Shown piece by piece: positions 52,101-61,291 of a DNA stretch of 64,000 nt. A program made the position numbers and the translations under genes. Within the stretch, counting starts at the first letter, position 1. Each line of letters begins with the position of its first letter. Origin of the DNA: Actinomycetales bacterium. GTDB taxonomy: Bacteria; Actinomycetota; Actinomycetes; Actinomycetales; CAVURS01. The notes beneath the pieces are model-generated. The model was not told the origin of the DNA, ran no database searches, and saw only the letters and a program-made list of their open reading frames with translations. The stretch is taken from assembly GCA_045807245.1 (NCBI GenBank), contig JBJMHS010000045.1, positions 1 to 64,000 on the forward strand, written 5' to 3'.

Positions 52101-52184
52101 CGCGCGGATCAGCTGGCGCTGCTCGACGATCTGCTCGGGCGAGGTGTCAGGGCTCGCGCTGTCGGGGCTCGAGGTCTCGGACAT
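49035..52184 (-). CDS. Multi-TM patatin/cPLA2-like phospholipase (1049 aa)
   Basis: LAFSGGGLRSA (oxyanion), AVSGGGY (Ser), YLTDGGHLDNLG (Asp), HEFYRERL, SGAAVSPMMG, LFNVRLGVW; many TM segments. Confidence 0.75.
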   Translation of the reverse strand: MSETSSPDSASPDTSPEQIVEQRQLIRAIARDAEAKRSRGLAITLVVLAVGVAAIAAGRSRPPREYARLSALLLEGVFLLVAFVTAQVCAGRLVQGRRTLSGYRPAMRGRGGHRGEGRGWRPVGWLLTLVPVAAFVIVLLACHVELRNVTEGLQVYATERSDVMAAVWAITGGTVALALVTVLLSWMTRRLARPAVVPPDGVQSETQTLPARSAETSRRTAPVETSRGADPEAGTGPRELESDRRQEAAKKPLVLAFSGGGLRSASFCFGGFNAVQAQPAITNVDAMVAVSGGGYAASAISLTRSFAGDAVPPNAPAPPKPLPPITDVYSATSPELAYLRRNSRYIFQPPWRTVSGLWQLVGGALINLFLVVMALRFFAWLLGWYWSAVGVVDGLDTDRPHLNLSTPDRWQWYASTFLWIAAVAVIAVLLFLQILRRGSDVKAPSSALWARSLATTSHVLLAALAAMVLLPAIVVGLSRMAYGNDPAPLVAKTIVSLGLTRESACADAIGRSADSAHASTVRSGQLSQRTQSASYGGCGVSGSLTYVPGQADTYDRGRAIAAVGGAPSKQGVSGQLVSVFLVVAAALGSLRRSFTSVSKSAAGRLAAVRRWLLLRLPIAAVGLLAVWLVALWTYQYTVSGPTQSLVVPALLIMFAIVVQLVNPNLTSVHEFYRERLSSAFAVGRDNADQRVARNLPYSVAYKLSRLEPAPELVLCSTANINDQRVVPTRRFGVPMTFSSTLVRLESDGLVPGLGYQRTADVEDDPRGPLLTVMAASAMSGAAVSPMMGRMGGKVAPFRLLLTLFNVRLGVWVMNPRWPLGEPPAPGWAPMATQPRFHQLFSEAFGSTTVDDRWIYLTDGGHLDNLGLVEAVRRLPDRVLAMSASNDAPGSWQDVGAAVSVLRADLDIDLRVVGRDEQDTWMRLKAVRPDGNGEIDVLVVRASLTTADWPLAGVKANGSYPPVDQRMPIDIRSFATRDATFPRTSTGRQDFGDLEFESYRRLGQYLVDRALLANADFLAGSGPIDLAGVEPTAGGTQADGQRAAEQHQAG

Positions 52185-52338
52185 GGCGGCCCGCCTTTCG
52201 CGCGTCGGTACGTCGCGTCGTCCACGTGCCTTGGGAGGTCATCCTGCTCCAGCCGACGGTCGGGGTACAGGACATCGGCGCCGTTGTCCGGGAGGAGTCG
52301 CGGCACCGTCGCGCTGATACGCGTGCGACGGGTTCGGT

Positions 52339-53538
52339 TCAGGCGGTGTCGGCGGAGAGCTGGCCAGCGCTCAGCGGGTCGGCCAGCAGCCGCTCGAAGG
52401 CGAGCTCGGCGGCGCCGATCAGGGACGAGTCCTCGCCGAGGCCGGCCGGCATGACCCGCACCTGCTCGAGCAGCGCCTCCGGGCCACGCGAGGACATCGA
52501 CGCCGTGACGACGCGTTGCCGAGCCAGCCAGACCTGCCCAAGGACGCCACCCAGGACGATGGCCTCAGGGTTGAAGATGTTGACGATCGCGCGGAGGCCG
52601 ATGCCGGTCCAGTGCCCGACCTCGTCGAGCGCGGTGCTGGCCCGCGCATCGCCCGCGGACGACGCGGCGATCACCTGGGCCACGGCCGGCGGCCCACCTC
52701 CCGGGAGGCGGCCGGCTGCTGCGAGCAGGTGGTTCTCGCCGACTCTTGTCTCCCAACAACCAAGGGCGCCGCACCGACACTGCGCCCCGTCGCTCTCCAC
52801 GAGCAGGTGACCGATCTCGCCGGCGTACCCGCCCGACCCACGCAGAGGCAGCCCGCCGACCAGGAAGCCACCACCGATGCCGACGCTGCCGCTGAGGTAC
52901 GCGACGTCGTTGACGCCGACCGCGGCGCCACGCAGGTGCTCGGCGAACACGCCGAGGTTCGCGTCGTTCCCCGTCCGCAGTGGCAGGTCGATCTCGCGCT
53001 GAAGCATCGCGGTGAAGGGCTCGTCGACCCAGCCCAGGTTCGGCGCGAACCGGACCATGCCGTCGTCGGAGCGAACGATGCCCGGCACGGACGCGCCGAC
53101 GCCCAGGCACCGGGCCGCCGCCGGGAGTGCGAGCATCTCCTGGATCGTCTGCGCAACCGAGACGACCACGGCCTCGACATCGTGACCACCGCGCTGGTGC
53201 AGCCGCTCCCGCCGTTCCAGGACCACACCGCCGAGGCCGACGAGGGCGCTGACGATCCGGTCGACGTCCAGCGCGACGGTGACGACGGTGACGTCCTGGC
53301 GAGGTACGACGAGGTGCGAGGGGCGCCCGGCACCACGGCTCTGCGTCGGGCGCATCTCGCTGACCAGCTCGAGGGCCTCGAGCTGAGCGGTCAGGTCACC
53401 GATGGTGCTCCGGTTCAGGCCGAGCTCGGCGGTGAGCGCCGCCCTGCTCGTCGGGCCCGAGGCGTGGACGCGGGACAGCACGGCGCTCAGGTTCACCCGT
53501 CGGAGCTCGTCCTGACCGATGCCTGAGCCGCGTGCCAT
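52339..53538 (-). CDS. ROK-family repressor (XylR-like)
   Basis: N-terminal wHTH (SRAALTAELGLNRSTI), GRP, NDANL, GEIGH, CRCGALGCWE. Confidence 0.9.
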   Translation of the reverse strand: MARGSGIGQDELRRVNLSAVLSRVHASGPTSRAALTAELGLNRSTIGDLTAQLEALELVSEMRPTQSRGAGRPSHLVVPRQDVTVVTVALDVDRIVSALVGLGGVVLERRERLHQRGGHDVEAVVVSVAQTIQEMLALPAAARCLGVGASVPGIVRSDDGMVRFAPNLGWVDEPFTAMLQREIDLPLRTGNDANLGVFAEHLRGAAVGVNDVAYLSGSVGIGGGFLVGGLPLRGSGGYAGEIGHLLVESDGAQCRCGALGCWETRVGENHLLAAAGRLPGGGPPAVAQVIAASSAGDARASTALDEVGHWTGIGLRAIVNIFNPEAIVLGGVLGQVWLARQRVVTASMSSRGPEALLEQVRVMPAGLGEDSSLIGAAELAFERLLADPLSAGQLSADTA

Positions 53539-53569
53539 CTCTCGCCCCCTCCTGACTCTGGTATCCGGA

Positions 53570-54847
53570 CTAGGCGCGGCCGGACGCCGCAGCCCGCCGA
53601 CGGCTCAAGGCGTCGACCGATGCGGCGACGAGCAGAACCAGGCCGGTGACCATGTAGACGCGGCCGGAGGGCTGGTTCAGCAGCGCCATGCCGTTCGCGA
53701 TGATCTGGACGACGAAACCACCGATCACCGCGTCGACGATCCGTCCCTTGCCACCGAACAGGCTGGTGCCACCGATGACGGCTGCACCGACCGCGAACAG
53801 CAGGGTCAGCTGACCGCCCGTTGTCGGCGAGACCGAGTTGTCGTAGCTCACGAGCAGGATGCCGGCGACCGCCGCGAGGGTCGAGCAGACCATGAAGCAG
53901 GCCAGCCGGACCATGGGCACGTTGATGCCGGCCCGGCGGGCCGCTTCGGCGTTGCCGCCGACCGCGTAGACGTGCCGGCCCCACGACGTACGGGTCAGCA
54001 CGAAGGTCAAGAGGACCAGCAGCCCGACCAGGATCGCGACCACGATGGGCACGCCCTTGATGACCAGGGTGCCCGGGCTTCGGTTCTTGGACAGGAACAG
54101 CACCGCGAGGCCGACGATCACAGCCAGAGCACCCGACTTGACCGCCCAGACCGGCATGGGGTCGCCCGTGAGCCCGTGGGCCCGGCGGGTCACCGAACGC
54201 CGGAAGGTCAGCAAGGCGTACCCGCCGACGACGACGGCGAAGAGCACCCAACCCAGCCAGACCGGCATGTTGTTGTTCTGCAGCGCCAGGATCGTGTCGT
54301 TGCGGACCGCGATGGTGCCGCCCTCGCCGATCACGATGAGCATGACGCCCTGCAGGCCCAGGAAGGCAGCGAGGGTCACGACGAACGACGGGATCCCCAG
54401 CCAGGCCACGAGCCACCCGATGCAGAAGCCGATCAAGGTCCCGGTCAGCAGGCAGAGGACGACCGAGAGCGGCCAGTTGAGGCCGTGTTTGGTCATGGCG
54501 ACCAAGAGGGTGCAGGCCGCGGTGCCGCCGGTGAAACCAGCCGACAGGTCGATCTCGCCCAGCAGCAGCACGAAGATCAGGCCCATCGCGAACACGATGA
54601 TCGGCGCGGCCTGGACGATGAGGTTGGCGAAGTTGAAGGCGTTGGTGAACGTGGTCGGCCGCAGGATCGCGAACACGATGTAGAGCACTACGAGCCCGAG
54701 CACGGCGGGCAACGCGCCGACGTCACCACCGCGCACCTTCGCGACGTACGCCCTGGCCGCGTCGCCGAGGCTGGCCGGCTGGCCGCTGTCGAGCGGGGTC
54801 TCGGGCTCGGGCTCGCGCGCTACCTGCGAGGGCTTGAGCTGGCTCAT
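53570..54847 (-). CDS. xylH: Sugar (xylose-type) ABC transporter permease
   Basis: GEIDLS, IPSFVVTL, GRHVYAVGGNAEAARRAGI, VIGGTSLFGG. Confidence 0.85.
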   Translation of the reverse strand: MSQLKPSQVAREPEPETPLDSGQPASLGDAARAYVAKVRGGDVGALPAVLGLVVLYIVFAILRPTTFTNAFNFANLIVQAAPIIVFAMGLIFVLLLGEIDLSAGFTGGTAACTLLVAMTKHGLNWPLSVVLCLLTGTLIGFCIGWLVAWLGIPSFVVTLAAFLGLQGVMLIVIGEGGTIAVRNDTILALQNNNMPVWLGWVLFAVVVGGYALLTFRRSVTRRAHGLTGDPMPVWAVKSGALAVIVGLAVLFLSKNRSPGTLVIKGVPIVVAILVGLLVLLTFVLTRTSWGRHVYAVGGNAEAARRAGINVPMVRLACFMVCSTLAAVAGILLVSYDNSVSPTTGGQLTLLFAVGAAVIGGTSLFGGKGRIVDAVIGGFVVQIIANGMALLNQPSGRVYMVTGLVLLVAASVDALSRRRAAASGRA

Positions 54848-55704
54848 CGCGCTTCCTCCTGGCTCGCCGGGGCGGCTTCCTCCGGCGCGGCGGGCGCGGC
54901 GCCGGCGGCGGACCCCACATGCGGGACGTGGTCCGATCGGCCGGCGGTGATGAGCTCCACGACCTGGTTGTTGGTGACGGACTTCGCCTCAACCTGCGCC
55001 ACCAGCTGACCCAGGTAGAGCACGGCGATGTCGTCCGCGACCTCGAACACGTCGTTGAGGTTGTGGCTGATCAGGATCACGCCGAGGCCGCGGTCGGCCA
55101 GGCGCCGGACGAGGAGGAGGACCTGCTCGGTCTGGGCCACGCCCAGTGCGGCGGTCGGCTCGTCCAGGATGACGACGCGGGAGTTCCACAGGACGGCGCG
55201 GGCGATCGCGACGGTCTGCCGCTGACCACCGGACAGGCTGGCCACGAGCGTGCGGACCGACGCGAGCGTCCGGACGGACAGACCTGCCAGCGTCTCCTTG
55301 GCCCGGGCCTCCATCGTGTCCTCGTCGAGCAGCCGCGCCTTCCGCAGCTCGCGGCCCAGGAACATGTTGTGTACGACGTCGAGGTTGTCGCAGAGCGCCA
55401 GGTCCTGGTAGACGACCTCGATGCCGAGGGCCGCGCTGTCGCGCGGGTGCGTGACGTGGACCTCTTTGCCGTCGAACGTGTAGGTGCCGGCGTCGAACGA
55501 GTGGATTCCGGCGATGCCCTTGATCAGCGTGCTCTTGCCTGCGCCGTTGTCACCGACGAGTGCGGTGACCCGGCCCGGGCGTACGTCGAGGTCGACGTTG
55601 CGGAGGACCTCCACCGCACCGAAGCTCTTGTTCACCCCGCGCAACGACAACAGCGGGGCGGTGGTCGAGGTGGGCGGTTCGGTCGTGGCGGTGCTCGTCG
55701 ACAT
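54844..55704 (-). CDS. xylG: Sugar ABC transporter ATP-binding protein (single domain)
   Basis: GDNGAGKS, VYQDLAL, LSGGQRQ, ILDEPT, ISH. Confidence 0.85.
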   Translation of the reverse strand: MSTSTATTEPPTSTTAPLLSLRGVNKSFGAVEVLRNVDLDVRPGRVTALVGDNGAGKSTLIKGIAGIHSFDAGTYTFDGKEVHVTHPRDSAALGIEVVYQDLALCDNLDVVHNMFLGRELRKARLLDEDTMEARAKETLAGLSVRTLASVRTLVASLSGGQRQTVAIARAVLWNSRVVILDEPTAALGVAQTEQVLLLVRRLADRGLGVILISHNLNDVFEVADDIAVLYLGQLVAQVEAKSVTNNQVVELITAGRSDHVPHVGSAAGAAPAAPEEAAPASQEEAR

Positions 55705-55821
55705 CGACGCCTCCAGGTCGTGGGTGTGGCTGGGCTGCTCCAGCCACGCGAGCGTGACTCAGTATTCGCCGGTCGACATCTGAGGACCACAAGGGAGCGA
55801 GGTCGACGTCGTCGGCGAGCA

Positions 55822-55851
55822 GGGGCCTGGCCCGTGACCGGGCCAGGCCCC
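55822..55851. terminator. Hairpin downstream of the binding-protein gene (terminator or mRNA stabiliser)
   Basis: GGGGCCTGGCCCG-TGAC-CGGGCCAGGCCCC. Confidence 0.65.
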
Positions 55852-55861
55852 CGTTCTCAAC

Positions 55862-56983
55862 TCAGCTCACGCCGTTCTTCGTGCACGCCGCCGCAAACGC
55901 GCCGGTGCACACGTCACTTGCCTTCTGGAAACCATCTGAGATGACCTGCTTGACGGTGTCCGCGTAGATCGCGACGGGCGTCGCCAGGACGGACTTGACG
56001 TCCTTCCCGAGCACGGTGTCCTTGACCGTCCCGGTCGCGAGCGCGTCGGCCGCGGCCTTGTCGCCCTTGAGCAGCGCGATCGCCAGGTCCGAGGCGGCCT
56101 TCGCCTCGACGTTGGTGTTCTTGTAGACGGTCATGCACTGGTTGCCGGCGAGGATCTGCTGCAGACCCGCGACGCTCGCGTCCTGCCCGGTGACCGGGAC
56201 CTTGCCCGCGACGCCGTCCTGCTTCAGACGGGCGATGATGCCGCCGGCCATCGTGTCGTTGGCCGAGACGACGCCGTCGATCTTGCCCTTGTTCTGGGTG
56301 TAGAGCTGCTGGAACGCCGTACCAGCCACGTTCGCGTCCCACTTGCCGGTCTGGTCGCCGACCAGCTTGTAGTCGCCGGAGTCGATCTTCGGCTTCAGCT
56401 GGTCCGCGTAGCCCTGCTTGAACAGCGCGGCGTTGTTGTCGGTCGGGTCACCGTTGATGAAGACGATGTTGGCCTTCGTCTTGCCCGCGTCGGTGAGGCA
56501 CTTGGTGAGCCCCTCGCCCATCAGGGCGCCGACCTTCACGTTGTCGAACGAGACGTAGTACGACGCCCCGCCGCCCAGCGTCAGGCGGTCGTAGTCGATG
56601 CTCTGGATGCCGGCCTTGGCGGCCTTCTTCAGGCAGGCGCTACCGGAGTCGGAGTCCAGGTCGACGATCATGAGGACGGCCACGCCCTCGTTGATCATCG
56701 CGTCGCAGATGGTGCCGAACTTGGTCTTGTCACCGCCCGCGTTCTGGATGTCCGACTGGAAGCCCGCCGTGGTGAACGCCTTCTGCAGGCTGGGCCGGTC
56801 GTTGGCCTCCCACCGCGGCGAGGTGGTCGTGTCCGGGAGGATGACGCCGATCTTCTTGCTCTTGGTCTTGCTTCCGGAGTCCGACCCTCCGCCGCCGCTG
56901 CTGCTGCCGCAGGCAGCCATGCCGAGCACGAGCGCGGCCGCAGCCACGATCGGCAGCGCCCGCCACTTCTTGCCAGAACTCAT
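55862..56983 (-). CDS. xylF: Sugar (xylose-type) ABC substrate-binding lipoprotein
   Basis: Lipobox MAAC; PRWEANDR, YDRL, YVSFDN, ANDTMA, TGQDA, TVYK. Confidence 0.85.
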   Translation of the reverse strand: MSSGKKWRALPIVAAAALVLGMAACGSSSGGGGSDSGSKTKSKKIGVILPDTTTSPRWEANDRPSLQKAFTTAGFQSDIQNAGGDKTKFGTICDAMINEGVAVLMIVDLDSDSGSACLKKAAKAGIQSIDYDRLTLGGGASYYVSFDNVKVGALMGEGLTKCLTDAGKTKANIVFINGDPTDNNAALFKQGYADQLKPKIDSGDYKLVGDQTGKWDANVAGTAFQQLYTQNKGKIDGVVSANDTMAGGIIARLKQDGVAGKVPVTGQDASVAGLQQILAGNQCMTVYKNTNVEAKAASDLAIALLKGDKAAADALATGTVKDTVLGKDVKSVLATPVAIYADTVKQVISDGFQKASDVCTGAFAAACTKNGVS

Positions 56984-57030
56984 CGATCGTCCCTTCGCAG
57001 TGGGCGTCCGTCGTGACGACGATCACGCCG

Positions 57031-57113
57031 TATGTTGTGTTGTGCAACATAGCCTCGCTACGGTGGGCGGCAATACCCCTGGCGCGGCCAAGTTTGTTGT
57101 TTCCAATAACGAT
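57031..57113. promoter_or_regulatory. ROK/XylR operator candidates between divergent xylF and xylA
   Basis: TATGTTG-N7-CAACATA perfect at 57031-57051; degenerate TTTGTTG-N7-TAACGAT at 57093-57113. Confidence 0.6.
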
Positions 57114-57180
57114 CAGGTAACGCAAGCGTCACCTAGGCGTCGCCTCGATGTCACTCTCCGTCCGGCCCAAGGAGGACCAG

Positions 57181-58338
57181 ATGAGCGACTACACCCCCAC
57201 TCGCGAGGACCGCTTCTCGTTCGGCCTGTGGACCGTGGGCTGGCAGGGGGTGGACGTGTTCGGGGGCGCGGTGCGGCCCCCGCTCGACCCGGCGGAGGCC
57301 GTGCGCCGGCTGTCGGACTTGGGCGCGTACGGGATGACTTTCCATGACAACGACGTGTTCGCGTTCGACGCCGACGCGGCCGAGCGCGACCGGCAGCTCA
57401 CCTCGCTGCGCACGGAGCTCGAGGAGACCGGCCTGGTGGTGCCGATGGTCACCACGAACCTGTTCTCGCACGCCGTCTTCCGGGACGGCGGGTTCACCAA
57501 CAACGACCGCGACGTACGGCGGTTCGCCCTGCGCAAGGTCGCCGACAACATCGACCTGGCCGCCTCCCTCGGCGCTCGGGTCTTCGTGGCCTGGGGCGGG
57601 CGTGAGGGTGCGGAGTCCGGCGCGAGCAAGGACATCCGGGCGGCGCTGGACCGGTACAAGGAGGCGTTCGACGTCCTCGGCGCCTATGTGCTGGAGCAGG
57701 GGTACGACCTGCGCTTCGCCATCGAACCGAAGCCGAACGAGCCCCGCGGGGACATCCTGCTGCCGACGATCGGGCACGCGCTGGCGTTCATCAACGAGCT
57801 CGAGCACCCGGAGATGGTCGGGCTCAACCCGGAGGTCGGGCACGAGGAGATGGCCGGGCTGAACTACGCCAGCGGCATCGCCCAGGCGCTGTGGCACGGC
57901 AAGCTCTTCCACATCGACCTCAACGGCCAGAACGGCCCGCGGTTCGACCAGGACCTGCGGTTCGGCGCAGGCAACGCGCGCGGGGCGTTCTGGACCGTCG
58001 CCATCGTCGAGCACGGCGGGTACGACGGGCCGCGCCACTTCGACTTCAAGCCGCCGCGGACCGAGGACATGGACGGCGTGTGGGCCTCGGCCGCGGGGTG
58101 CATGCGCAACTACCTGATCCTGCGGGCCAAGGTGCAGGCCTTCCGCGCCGACCCGGAGGTGCAGGCGGCCCTGACCGCCGCCCGGGTGGACCAGCTCGCC
58201 GTACCGACCGTCGCTCCCGGCGAGACGCTGGCCGAGGTCCGGGTCGAGGCGTTCGACCCCGACGCGGCTGCGGCCCGCGGGATGGCCTTCGAACACCTGG
58301 ACCAGCTCGCCCTCGAGCACCTGTACGGCGTGCGCTAG
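57181..58338 (+). CDS. xylA: Xylose isomerase (actinobacterial class I)
   Basis: [70 protein letters not shown]. Confidence 0.96.
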   Translation: MSDYTPTREDRFSFGLWTVGWQGVDVFGGAVRPPLDPAEAVRRLSDLGAYGMTFHDNDVFAFDADAAERDRQLTSLRTELEETGLVVPMVTTNLFSHAVFRDGGFTNNDRDVRRFALRKVADNIDLAASLGARVFVAWGGREGAESGASKDIRAALDRYKEAFDVLGAYVLEQGYDLRFAIEPKPNEPRGDILLPTIGHALAFINELEHPEMVGLNPEVGHEEMAGLNYASGIAQALWHGKLFHIDLNGQNGPRFDQDLRFGAGNARGAFWTVAIVEHGGYDGPRHFDFKPPRTEDMDGVWASAAGCMRNYLILRAKVQAFRADPEVQAALTAARVDQLAVPTVAPGETLAEVRVEAFDPDAAAARGMAFEHLDQLALEHLYGVR

Positions 58339-58362
58339 CCCCCGCCCGTCGTACCCCCCGGC

Positions 58363-58454
58363 CTGAGGTACCCCCCGAAAGCCGCTCGCCGGGCCTGAAT
58401 CGGGCCCGGGCGGCGGCTTTCGGGGGGCAAACCGGCTTTCGGGGGGTACCTCAG
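58363..58454. repeat. REP/MITE-like inverted repeat element
   Basis: 22-bp perfect arms CTGAGGTACCCCCCGAAAGCCG (58363-58384) and 58433-58454, plus an internal extra right-arm copy at 58413-58427. Confidence 0.7.
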
Positions 58455-59653
58455 TCGGGCGGGGGGGCGAGCCAGGTGCGGATCGCTTCGGCGTCGGCGT
58501 CGAGCACGGGGGGTGCGAGGTGCTCGGTGCGCGTGGTCTCGACGCCGTCGGTGGTGAAGAACCGCAACGGCGGGCCGGGCAACGTGATCCGGCCCAGGGT
58601 CTGGTGCTCGACGTCGACCAGCAGGCCCTGGCTGCGCGTCTGCTCCCACTCGTAGACCTCGTCGATCCGGCGCACCTTGCCCGCGGGCACGTTGGCCTCG
58701 GCGAGCCGGACCAGCAACGGCTCGGCGTCGTACTCGCCGAACGCCGCCTCGACCAGCTCGATCACGCGCTCGCGGTTGGCCACCCGCTCGGAGTTCGTGG
58801 CCAACCCGGGCGCTGAGCCGTCGATCCCGAAGGCCGCACAGAGCCGCTGCCACAGGAGCTCGCTGCCGACCGAGATCTGTACGGCCCCGTCGCGGCAGCG
58901 GAACAACCCGTAGGGACAGATCGAGATGTGATGGTTGCCGGTCGCCAGTGGTATCTCGCCGGCCACGGTCCAGCGGGTGCCCTGGTAGGCGTGGACACCG
59001 ACGACGGCGGACAGCAGCGACGCCCGGACGACCTGGCCCCGGCCGGTGCGCTCGCGTTCCACCAGCGCAGCAAGGACGCCGTACGCGCCGTACATCCCGG
59101 CGAGCAGGTCCGCGACCGGCAGCCCGACCTTGACCGGCTGGTCCGGCGACGGCCCGGTGATCGACATCAGTCCGGCCTCGCCCTGGGCGATCTGGTCGTA
59201 GCCGGCGCGGCCGGCCTCCGGCCCGTCGTGCCCGAAGCCGCTGATCGACAGCACGACCAGGCGCGGGTTGAGCTCGGCGAGGCGTTCCGGCGGGAAGCCG
59301 AGCCGGTCGAGTACGCCGGTGCTGAAGTTCTCGACGAGTACGTCGGCGCGTACGACGAGCCGCGCCAACGTCTCGCGCCCGTCGTCGGTAGCGAGATCAA
59401 GAGTGATGGACTCCTTGCCCCGGTTCGCGGACAGGAAGTACGTCGACTCCCTTGCGCCAGAGGGCGGTTCGGCGAACGGCGGACCCCAGCCGCGGGTGTC
59501 GTCTCCGATGCCGGGCCGTTCCACCTTGATCACCCGCGCACCGAGGTCGGCCATCATCATCGTCGCGTGCGGGCCGGCCAGGGCGCGGGTCAGGTCGACG
59601 ACCAAAATCCCGTCGAGCGGTCCGCGAGCGCGGGTCGGGTCGGGCTCGCTCAC
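58451..59653 (-). CDS. CaiB/BaiF family III CoA-transferase
   Basis: DLTRALAGP, DLGARVIKVE, GDDTR, NRGKES, ADVLVENF, ISGFG, YDQIAQ. Confidence 0.92.
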   Translation of the reverse strand: MSEPDPTRARGPLDGILVVDLTRALAGPHATMMMADLGARVIKVERPGIGDDTRGWGPPFAEPPSGARESTYFLSANRGKESITLDLATDDGRETLARLVVRADVLVENFSTGVLDRLGFPPERLAELNPRLVVLSISGFGHDGPEAGRAGYDQIAQGEAGLMSITGPSPDQPVKVGLPVADLLAGMYGAYGVLAALVERERTGRGQVVRASLLSAVVGVHAYQGTRWTVAGEIPLATGNHHISICPYGLFRCRDGAVQISVGSELLWQRLCAAFGIDGSAPGLATNSERVANRERVIELVEAAFGEYDAEPLLVRLAEANVPAGKVRRIDEVYEWEQTRSQGLLVDVEHQTLGRITLPGPPLRFFTTDGVETTRTEHLAPPVLDADAEAIRTWLAPPPD

Positions 59654-59970
59654 GAGCCGCCCTCGAGCTCCGCCTTGAGGTGAACGTGACCGGTGACCTG
59701 GCGCTCGGTGTACTTCTCGAGCCAGCGGTGGTGGACGAGTCGGATCGGTACGGCGTTCAGGAAGTGGAGCTTCTCGCGGCCCCGGCGACGGGTCAGCACC
59801 AAGTCGGCCTCCTCCAGCACCTTGAGGTGCTTCATGACCCCGAACCGGGTCATGTCGAGGTCGGCCTCGAGCTCGGTCAGGGTGCGACCGTCGCGCGCGA
59901 ACAACAGGTCCAGCAGGTAGCGGCGGGTCGGGTCGGCGAGGGCCTTGAACACCCGGTCCTGGTCGCCCAC
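59650..59970 (-). CDS. ArsR/SmtB-family HTH regulator
   Basis: VFKALADPTRR, MTRFGVMKHLKVLEEA, GREKLHFLNAVP; GTG 59970 chosen because TAATCT lies 7 nt upstream. Confidence 0.88.
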   Translation of the reverse strand: MGDQDRVFKALADPTRRYLLDLLFARDGRTLTELEADLDMTRFGVMKHLKVLEEADLVLTRRRGREKLHFLNAVPIRLVHHRWLEKYTERQVTGHVHLKAELEGGS

Positions 59971-59984
59971 GGCGGCCAGATTAG

Positions 59985-60000
59985 GTGACTGTTTGGTCAC
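59985..60000. promoter_or_regulatory. Palindromic autoregulatory operator candidate
   Basis: GTGAC-TGTTTG-GTCAC next to the -10 of the ArsR gene. Confidence 0.55.
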
Positions 60001-60075
60001 GGGTCAAGGTCGCGGCCGGTCGGTCTCGGTCCACGGGTTGAGCGGCTCCAGGACCCGGCGCCGGCGCCTGGAACC

Positions 60076-61281
60076 ATGGGCGCCGTGAGAGCGCTGCTGC
60101 TGGAGAACGTCCACCCCGAGGCCGACGCCGCCTTCGCCGCCGCCGGGGTCGAGGTGGCGCGGCACTCCAGGGCCATGGACGAGGCCGAGCTGGTCGACGC
60201 ACTGCCTGGTGTGGACCTGCTGGGCATCCGCTCCGGCACCCGGGTCACCGACAAGGTCCTGGCGAGCGCGCCCGACCTGCTCGCCGTCGGCGCCTTCTGC
60301 ATCGGCACGAACCAGATCGACCTGGCGGCGGCGACCGACCGGGCGGTCGCGGTCTTCAACGCGCCGTTCTCCAACACGCGCAGCGTCGTCGAGCTGGCCG
60401 TCGCGGAGATGATCTCCCTGACCCGCCGGCTGACCGAGAAGAACGACGCCCTGCACCAGGGAGTCTGGGACAAGTCGGCCCAGGGCGCGCACGAGATGCG
60501 GGGCCGCACCGTCGGCATCATCGGCTACGGCAACATCGGGTCCCAGCTGTCCGTCCTGGCCGAGGCGCTGGGGATGGGCGTCGTCTTCTACGACACCGCC
60601 GACAAGCTCCCCATGGGCAATGCGAAGCGGGTCGAGCGGGTCGAGGACCTGCTCGAAGCAGCCGACGTCGTCACGCTGCACGTCGACGGGCGGATCGGGA
60701 ACGCCGGCCTGTTCGGTGCGGGCGAGTTCGCGCGTATGCGGCCGGGCGCGATCTTCATGAACCTCTCGCGCGGCTTCGTGGTCGACCAGGAGGCCCTGGC
60801 CGGGAACATCCGCACCGGACACCTCGCCGGCGCGGCGATCGACGTGTTCCCGGTCGAGCCGAAGGCTCAGGGCGACCCGTTCGAGTCGGACCTGCGGGGG
60901 CTACCCAACGTGATCCTCACGCCGCACGTCGGCGGCTCGACCGAGGAGGCACAGCAGGACATCGGCCGGTTCGTCTCGGGCAAGCTGCGCGACTACGTCA
61001 CCGCTGGCAGTACGGCGCTCAGCGTGAACCTGCCACCGGCCTGGCTCGAGGGGGCACCGGGCACGCACCGGCTGGCCCACCTGCACACCAACACCCCCGG
61101 TGTCGTCGCCGCCGTCAACGGCCTGCTCGCGGACCACCGGGCCAACGTCGAGGGCCAGGTGCTGGTGACACGCGACCGGCTGGGCTACCTGCTCACGGAT
61201 GTCTCGGCCGACTACGCCCCCGAGGTCGTCCACGCCCTCGACGCCATGCCCGAGACGGTGCGCCTGCGCGTCCTGTCATGA
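60076..61281 (+). CDS. serA: D-3-phosphoglycerate dehydrogenase (E. coli-type, C-terminal ACT)
   Basis: LLLENVH, GIRS, FCIGTNQ, NAPFSNTRSVVE, GYGNIGSQ, TPHVGGSTEEAQ, HTNTPGV. Confidence 0.93.
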   Translation: MGAVRALLLENVHPEADAAFAAAGVEVARHSRAMDEAELVDALPGVDLLGIRSGTRVTDKVLASAPDLLAVGAFCIGTNQIDLAAATDRAVAVFNAPFSNTRSVVELAVAEMISLTRRLTEKNDALHQGVWDKSAQGAHEMRGRTVGIIGYGNIGSQLSVLAEALGMGVVFYDTADKLPMGNAKRVERVEDLLEAADVVTLHVDGRIGNAGLFGAGEFARMRPGAIFMNLSRGFVVDQEALAGNIRTGHLAGAAIDVFPVEPKAQGDPFESDLRGLPNVILTPHVGGSTEEAQQDIGRFVSGKLRDYVTAGSTALSVNLPPAWLEGAPGTHRLAHLHTNTPGVVAAVNGLLADHRANVEGQVLVTRDRLGYLLTDVSADYAPEVVHALDAMPETVRLRVLS

Positions 61282-61291
61282 CCCTCCTGTC

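Noticed and set aside
49035..52184. CBASS or other defence operon around the patatin-like gene
   Set aside because: No cyclase, sensor or other defence gene is adjacent.
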